Source of the DNA: Candidatus Vampirococcus lugosii
Lineage (GTDB): Bacteria > Patescibacteriota > Gracilibacteria > Absconditabacterales > Absconditicoccaceae
Length of the DNA stretch: 13,301 nucleotides
Assembly (NCBI RefSeq): GCF_018420025.1
Contig: NZ_JAEDAM010000025.1
Span: 1 to 13,301 of the forward strand
Direction: 5' to 3'
In this document: positions 8,035 to 13,301 of the stretch, piece by piece
Layout: the number at the start of each line of letters is the position of its first letter
Numbering within the stretch: the stretch's first letter is position 1
Program-made: the position numbers and the translations under genes
The notes under the pieces: model-generated
Told to the model about the DNA's origin: nothing
Seen by the model: only the letters and a program-made list of their open reading frames with translations
The model's database searches: none

Positions 8035-11000
8035 TTATGAAAGTCGCCATTTTTTTGAATTAATTTTCTTTACATTGTCTTGACAAGATGGATTTAATCT
8101 TAATTTTTTATTATATATAGTATATCCTTCTGGAGACAAAGAATTATCAGGATTTATATCAATATCTAATCAAATATCATTCGCCAATTCTCTAAGATAA
8201 TTATCTACATAATATTCTAATGGTGTTTCCAAATTTCATGAATAATAATAATTGTAATCAAGTTTATATCTAGATAATTTTTTATTATCTCAAATAGCAA
8301 TAATAAATCTTGCTATTATTTTTCAATTTTCATCAGCAATATTAAATACTCATTTATTTACATCTATTGTATTACTTATAGATGACCACCAATATTCTCA
8401 TAATGATCATCTAGTATGAAATTTATCAATATCAATAGATTTTCATACTCAAAGAGATTTTAATGGATTTTTTTCTCTTTCTATCTTAATTTTATTTAAA
8501 AAACTTTTAGAATCTCAAGTAAAACTATCTCATCTAAAAAGACAATCTATTTTACGAGTATAATTATCATTCAATTCTCTCAAATTTTTTATTTGTAATT
8601 CCAATTCATCCCATATTTCTTTATCTAAAGAAATTATAGAATCTTTATATTTTAAAATATTTTGACTAAAATAATCCAATAAATTATTAATTGTTATATT
8701 AAAATAAGATTCTTTATCTGTATATACACTAGAAACAAAAATAGTCTTAAATTTTATTTTATTTAGATTTTTATCTAAAACTCATAAATTATTTATTTTT
8801 TCTATACTTTTTATAGCTAATTCAAATGGATTATCTATTGATAATCATATATTTTCAATTTCTTTATTTTTAAATATTTTAGTATTTGATGATAACCATA
8901 TTTTCTGTTGTTCTTGTGATAAAGATTTATCTAATCGTTCTTTATTTTTTTCCAAATCATATTGCAATAAATTATCAGGACTTAATTTTTCTTGTTCATC
9001 AAATTCTCAATTTAAATATCATATTAATATTTCAATTATATATTCTCTTTCTCAATTATATAAATGTGAATTAAAAGAATATTCCTTATTATACAACATT
9101 TTAAATGCATTTATAAAATCTGGATTATCAAATTTATTTTTATCTATTTTAGATATTTTATCTATTTTTTCTTTAAGATTTACAAAAGCAAATTTTTTCA
9201 ATTCACTAATTATTTTTTTATAATACATATTATCAAATTTTTTTAATACATTTTGCATAAAAAGTTCTTCAAGTCATTCTATATTTTCATTTTCAATAAA
9301 ATAATCAAAATATTTTAATTTTTTTTCACAATTTTGTGTATTATTTTCTTTTAATATTTCTTCAAACTCTTTTTTTAGACTATCAAAATCTAATTTTCAA
9401 GTTTTTTTATCTATAAAATAACTAATTGTTTTGGGTAATTCTTTTTGTTCTAATTCAAGATCTAATTCTTTAATTAAAGATAATTTTTTTATTGAATCAA
9501 TAAGTAATTGATTTTCATATTTTACACAATATCAAATTATATCATCAAAAATATTTTTTTGCAAACTTGAATCTGGAGTAGAATCAATAATATATATTGA
9601 TTTTAAATATTCTTGTATATCTGAATTATTACACTTTTGTATAAATTCATCAATTGTATTAGATAATAAAATGAGTAATTTTATTTTACTTTCATTTCAA
9701 TATATCAAAATATTTCTAACATATTTATTACTCAACAATTTATCAAAATCTTGTAAAGAATTACATAATCAAATTATAAATCTAATATTATTTTTATTTC
9801 AATTTACTAACATATTTCTAACATATTCATTATTAGACAAGCTTTTAAAATCTTGTGAAGAATTACACAATCAAATTATAGAATTAATATTATTTTTATT
9901 TCAATTTATTAATATATTTCTAGTATATTCATTATCAAACAATTTTTCAAAATCTTCCAAAGAATTACACAATCAAACTATAGAATTAATATTTTTTTCA
10001 TTTCAATCTATCAAAATATCTTTAACATATTCATTATTAAATAATATATCAAAATCTTGTGAAGAATTACATAATCAAACTATAGAATTAACATTTTCTT
10101 GATTTCAATCTATCAAAATACTTTTGGTATATTCATTAGCAGACAAGTTTTCAAAATCTTCCAAAGAAGATAATTTCAAAAAACTTTTTATATTATTTTT
10201 ATTTCAATATATCAAAATATCTCTAATATAAATATTATTAAATAATATATCAAAATCTTGTGAAGAATTACATAATCAAACTATAGAATTAACATTTTCT
10301 TGATTTCAATCTATCAAAATACTTTTGGTATATTCATTAGCAGACAAGTTTTCAAAATCTTCCAAAGAAGATAATTTCAAAAAACTTTTTATATTATTTT
10401 TATTTCAATATTTTAATATATAATTAATTTTTTCATTCTCACATAATTCATAAAAATCTTGTGAAGAATTACATAATCAAACAATAGATTTAATATCATC
10501 TTCATTTCGTTTTATTAAAATATTTTTGGTAGATTCAGTATTACACAATTTATAAAAATCTTGTGAAGAATTACATAATCAAATTATAGCTTCAATATTT
10601 TTTTCATTTCATTTTTCCAAAATAATAATAGTATGTATATTACAAATATTTAGAAAATCCTGTGAATCTTTACACAATCAAATAATAGATTTAATATTAT
10701 TTTCTTTTCAATTCATCAAAAGTTCTTGAATAAAATTATTATTATATAATAATTCAAAATCTTGGTAATTATTACATAGTCAAACAATAGATTTAACATT
10801 TTCTTTATTAGAATTTTGAAGAAATTTACTAGTATATATATTTATATTATTAGACAATTTTTTAAAATCTTCATATGAAGAACATAATGAAATTATTGAA
10901 TTAATATTAGTTTCATCTCAAGTTATCAATAAATAAGTAGTTTTTTGATCACATATATCCAAAAAATCATCATATGTTTTCAATAGTCATATAATAGAAT

Positions 11001-11889
11001 TAATATTATTTTCTTTTCATCTCATTAAAACATTAATAGAATTTTCATTATTACATATTTTTTTAAACTCATCCAAAGAATTACATAATCAAAGAATAGA
11101 TTTAATATTATTTTTATTTCAATTTATTAATATATTTCTAACATATGTATTATCACAAAATTTACTAAATTCTTGAAACGAAGAAGATAACAAAATAATA
11201 TCTTCAATATATTTTTCATTTAAATTTATCAAAAGATTTCTAAGATATTCATGTTTATTTTTATCTTTACATAATTTATCAAAATCTTCCAAAGAAGATA
11301 ATCAAAGAATAGATTCAATATATCTTTCATTTCAATTCATCAAAAGATTTCTAGTATATGTATAATTACATAATTTATTAAAATCATTAAATCAAGAACA
11401 TAATCAAACTACAGATTCTAAATTTTTCTCTTTTGAAGAAATTAAAATATCAACAATATATTCATTATTACATAATTTATTAAAATCATTAAATCAAGAA
11501 CATAATCAAACTACAGATTCTAAATTTTTCTCTTTTGAGTTTATTAAAACATTTTTTATATTTTGATTATTACACATTTTTTCAAATTCTTCAATATTTT
11601 GTCAAAATATTATTTTTTCTACAAAAGAAAAAGAAAAATTTTTTCCAAAATATTTTTCCAATATTTGAGAATAATCTTTTAATCATTTTATATATCATTC
11701 CATCAAATAAAATTCATCTTTAGTTATTCATACTTCATTTTCTTTTTTTTCATCTCATTTTTTCAAGACATCAAATATATAATTTCTTATACAATCTTTT
11801 ATACTTTCCAAATCATTTGAATCTTTATAAAGCTCTTTTATTTCAGATATTGAAACATTTGATAATGTTCAAATATTTAATTTATCCAT
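8035..11889 (-). CDS. Giant hypothetical repeat protein (1,284 aa): ~112-aa N-terminal region, 19 tandem ~34-aa repeats, ~525-aa non-repetitive C-terminal region. No family recognised
   Basis: Reverse ORF from ATG 11889-11887 (in-frame TAA 8 codons upstream) to TAA 8037-8035, 3,855 nt. I checked all 1,285 codons and found no in-frame TAA/TAG, which is very unlikely by chance at this AT content. By hand count there are about 55 in-frame TGA codons and only two GGN codons. N-terminus MDKLNIGTLSNVSISEIKELYKD has no signal peptide. The supplied 9052..9258 minus-strand ORF (MQNVLKKFDNMYYKK...) is an internal fragment. Confidence 0.85.
10033..10411 (-). repeat. Perfect 178-bp direct duplication (10033-10210 = 10234-10411, offset 201 nt), i.e. 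a duplicated two-repeat block
   Basis: I compared the two copies base by base and they are identical. They encode KSFLKLSSLEDFENLSANEYTKSILIDGNQENVNSIVGLCNSSQDFDILFNN twice. Confidence 0.9.
11365..11538 (-). repeat. Perfect 72-bp direct duplication (11365-11436 = 11467-11538, offset 102 nt) covering repeats 1 and 2
   Basis: attacataatttattaaaatcattaaatcaagaacataatcaaactacagattctaaatttttctcttttga occurs twice. It encodes SKEKNLESVVGLCSGFNDFNKLCN in both units. Confidence 0.9.
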
Positions 11890-12040
11890 TTTTACAAAAT
11901 ATTTATATATTTAAAATTTATTATAATTTTAATTATTAATATATATTTTTAAATTAAAGTCAAGACAAAATATTTAATATAGCAGTCTATTTCAAATGTG
12001 TACGACTACGGGCGAAAACAAAAAATTTATTTCAAATTGA

Positions 12041-13301
12041 TTAATTTTCAATAAGAATATCAATATTATTATTATTTTCAAATGTATTATTACTCTCTAA
12101 ATTTAGTTCATCTAAATTGACTAAATTATTATTAGAATCATACTTTTCTGGAACATAAAGACCATTATTATTATTTTTTATACTATTGTTTTTTATTTCA
12201 ATAGTATCATTAATAATATTACTTTTTACTCGAATTCAACTTTCTTCATTATCAAATATAATATTTCAATCTATATTTAAATTGTAAGAATTATCAATAT
12301 ATATTCAATCTCAAAATCATGTATTACTAGATTGAGTATGATTCTTAGTTCAAGAAATAATATTATTTTTTATTGTTGATTGAGAATTTTCATAAATAGG
12401 TCAATCATCTTCTCAAGAACAAAAAGTAAATCATCGAACAGTTGAGCAACTTTGAGAAGTACCATTTATATGATTAATGGTTAAAGCACTTCAATAATTA
12501 TCTTTTATTTCATTATTTTCTACTTCTACACTAATTGTATTAATGAATGTATTATAAATACCTCATTCAACTCATAATAAAACTCATCATGCATTTCTCC
12601 AATCTGTCAAAGCATGAGAGTTTCAAATTATTTTATTATCTTTTATCTTAACATATTTCTCTTCTTCTATTGCACCAGAAGCAGAAGCTTGATATGAAGC
12701 ATGATAAATTCATCTTTCTCAATTATTTAAAACTTCTGTATTTACTAACTCACCATATGAATAAAAACCTATCCCATCGTTAGCATTTTCTTCAAATTTT
12801 GAATTTCTTATTGAAATATTTTTCGAACCTGTTACCCTAATTCAATCAACATTATTATTATGAGAATATACATTATCAATTAATATATTATTTGAAAATT
12901 CAGCATAAATACCTCTTTGACCAAACTCTTTAATTTCAAAATTTTTAATTTCAATATTATCAAAATTATTAATAAAAATTCAATGTTCATTAATACTAAC
13001 ACCATCCAATACAGGTCTATCTGTACCGATACCTATTAAAGCAATTCATTCTTTATCTATTATTAAATTCTCTTTATAGGTTCAAGATTCTACACATATC
13101 ACATAATCTGCTTGAGCATCATCTATTGCATTTTGTATATTTTCTCAATTTTTCACTGTTATGTCGCATTTATCACTTGCTCAGCTTGAAATACTACCAC
13201 CACTTTCTTTAAAATAAGTATCTGATTCTTTTTCAACCTCACTTAAATCTCAAGATCAAGATATTTTTTCATTTATTTCTTTATTTTCTGTTAAATCACT
13301 A
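12041..13301 (-). CDS. Right-handed parallel beta-helix repeat protein (NosD / pectin-lyase-fold-like). Only the C-terminal 420 aa are present; the N-terminus lies beyond the window end
   Basis: Reverse frame is open from position 13301 to TAA 12043-12041, no in-frame TAA/TAG. With TGA=G: ...NGENIQNAIDDAQADYVICVESGTYKENLIIDKEGIALIGIGTDRPVLDG... (the typical IQ.AID.A..GD.I.V..GTY.E.L.I.K...L.G entry motif). This is followed by beta-helix rungs such as GIFINNFDNIEIKNFEI, RGIYAEFSNNILIDNVYSHNNNVDGIRVTGSKNISIRNSKFEENANDGIGF, GIYIDNSYNLNIDGNIIFDNEESGIRVKSNIINDTIEIKNNSIKNNNNGLYV. Confidence 0.8.

Larger units (their letters stand above)
9613..11553 (-). repeat. In-frame tandem array of 19 coding repeats (33-37 aa, mode 34 aa / 102 nt) inside the giant ORF
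   Basis: Units include NILINGNKNNINSIIGLCNSSQDFKSLSNNEYVR, DILIDGNEKNINSIVGLCNSLEDFEKLFDNEYTR and NMLVNGNKNNIRFIIGLCNSLQDFDKLLSNKYVR. Approximate consensus: N-I-L-I-x-G-N-x-x-N-I-x-S-I-[IV]-G-L-C-N-S-x-x-D-F-x-x-L-x-N-N-E-Y-x-R. The array covers residues 113-759. The 34-aa periodicity also shows in the antisense ORF 9671..10102 of the supplied track. Confidence 0.85.

Noticed and set aside
9671-10102. 143-aa + strand ORF with a striking 34-aa periodicity (ELHNQIIELILFLFQF...)
   Set aside because: It is the antisense shadow of the tandem repeats in the 3,855-nt minus-strand ORF. The minus frame is open for 1,285 codons and yields a more protein-like sequence. The + strand ORF ends within the array.
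9613-11553. CRISPR array or non-coding satellite as the source of the ~100-nt periodicity
   Set aside because: The period is a multiple of 3 (102 nt) and the whole array lies in one long open frame. Divergence is spread across each unit rather than alternating between identical repeats and unique spacers. No cas genes are present.
9613-11553. TALE-like programmable DNA-binding repeats, given the 34-aa unit length
   Set aside because: No hypervariable di-residue sits within otherwise near-identical units, and variation is spread over many positions. The conserved residues do not resemble the TALE repeat consensus as I recall it. Similarity to ankyrin or TPR consensus was also too weak to claim. 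Structure prediction is needed.
1-13301. TGA = Trp (table 4, Mollicutes or Spiroplasma style) as the explanation for the in-frame TGAs
   Set aside because: TGA aligns with invariant glycines (ERGITIK, DTPGHVDF, CYGGD, EIYGG, ITDGTHDTP), while canonical Trp positions use TGG. Trp at those sites would destroy the GTPase and class II synthetase motifs.
1-13301. A decayed genome region full of pseudogenes, given the many TGA stops in conserved genes
   Set aside because: Only TGA interrupts the frames. There are no frameshifts and no in-frame TAA or TAG in about 11.9 kb of coding sequence across nine genes. TGA positions coincide with conserved Gly columns. Random decay would not be restricted to one stop codon.

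Overview
Very AT-rich bacterial window. Under the standard code it looks almost non-coding: the supplied ORF track has nothing over 160 aa, and its longest ORFs are antisense artefacts. Reading TGA as glycine (NCBI translation table 25, used by Gracilibacteria and SR1/Absconditabacteria of the CPR/Patescibacteria) resolves it into nine tightly packed genes. I checked every one codon by codon for in-frame TAA/TAG. TGA falls on invariant Gly positions of LepA (ERGITIK, DTPGHVDF, CYGGD) and GlyRS (EIYGG), while TGG still encodes Trp. Gene order: (-) AAA-ATPase-like protein, partial; (-) solitary type I R-M specificity subunit HsdS; (+) LepA/EF4; (+) membrane-anchored two-HKD phospholipase-D-family protein; (+) single-domain CheY-like receiver; (-) secreted Cys-rich protein; (-) glycyl-tRNA synthetase; (-) a 1,284-aa protein with 19 tandem ~34-aa repeats; (-) right-handed beta-helix protein, partial. 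The best candidate for something undescribed is the giant repeat protein. I recognise no family for it, it contains perfect internal duplications, and its two conserved glycines per repeat are encoded only by TGA. Other points of interest are GlyRS in a TGA=Gly organism, an all-GC palindrome abutting the hsdS stop codon, the orphan hsdS, and no Shine-Dalgarno motif upstream of any of the eight start codons in the window. No rRNA, tRNA, CRISPR array or transposase was found.
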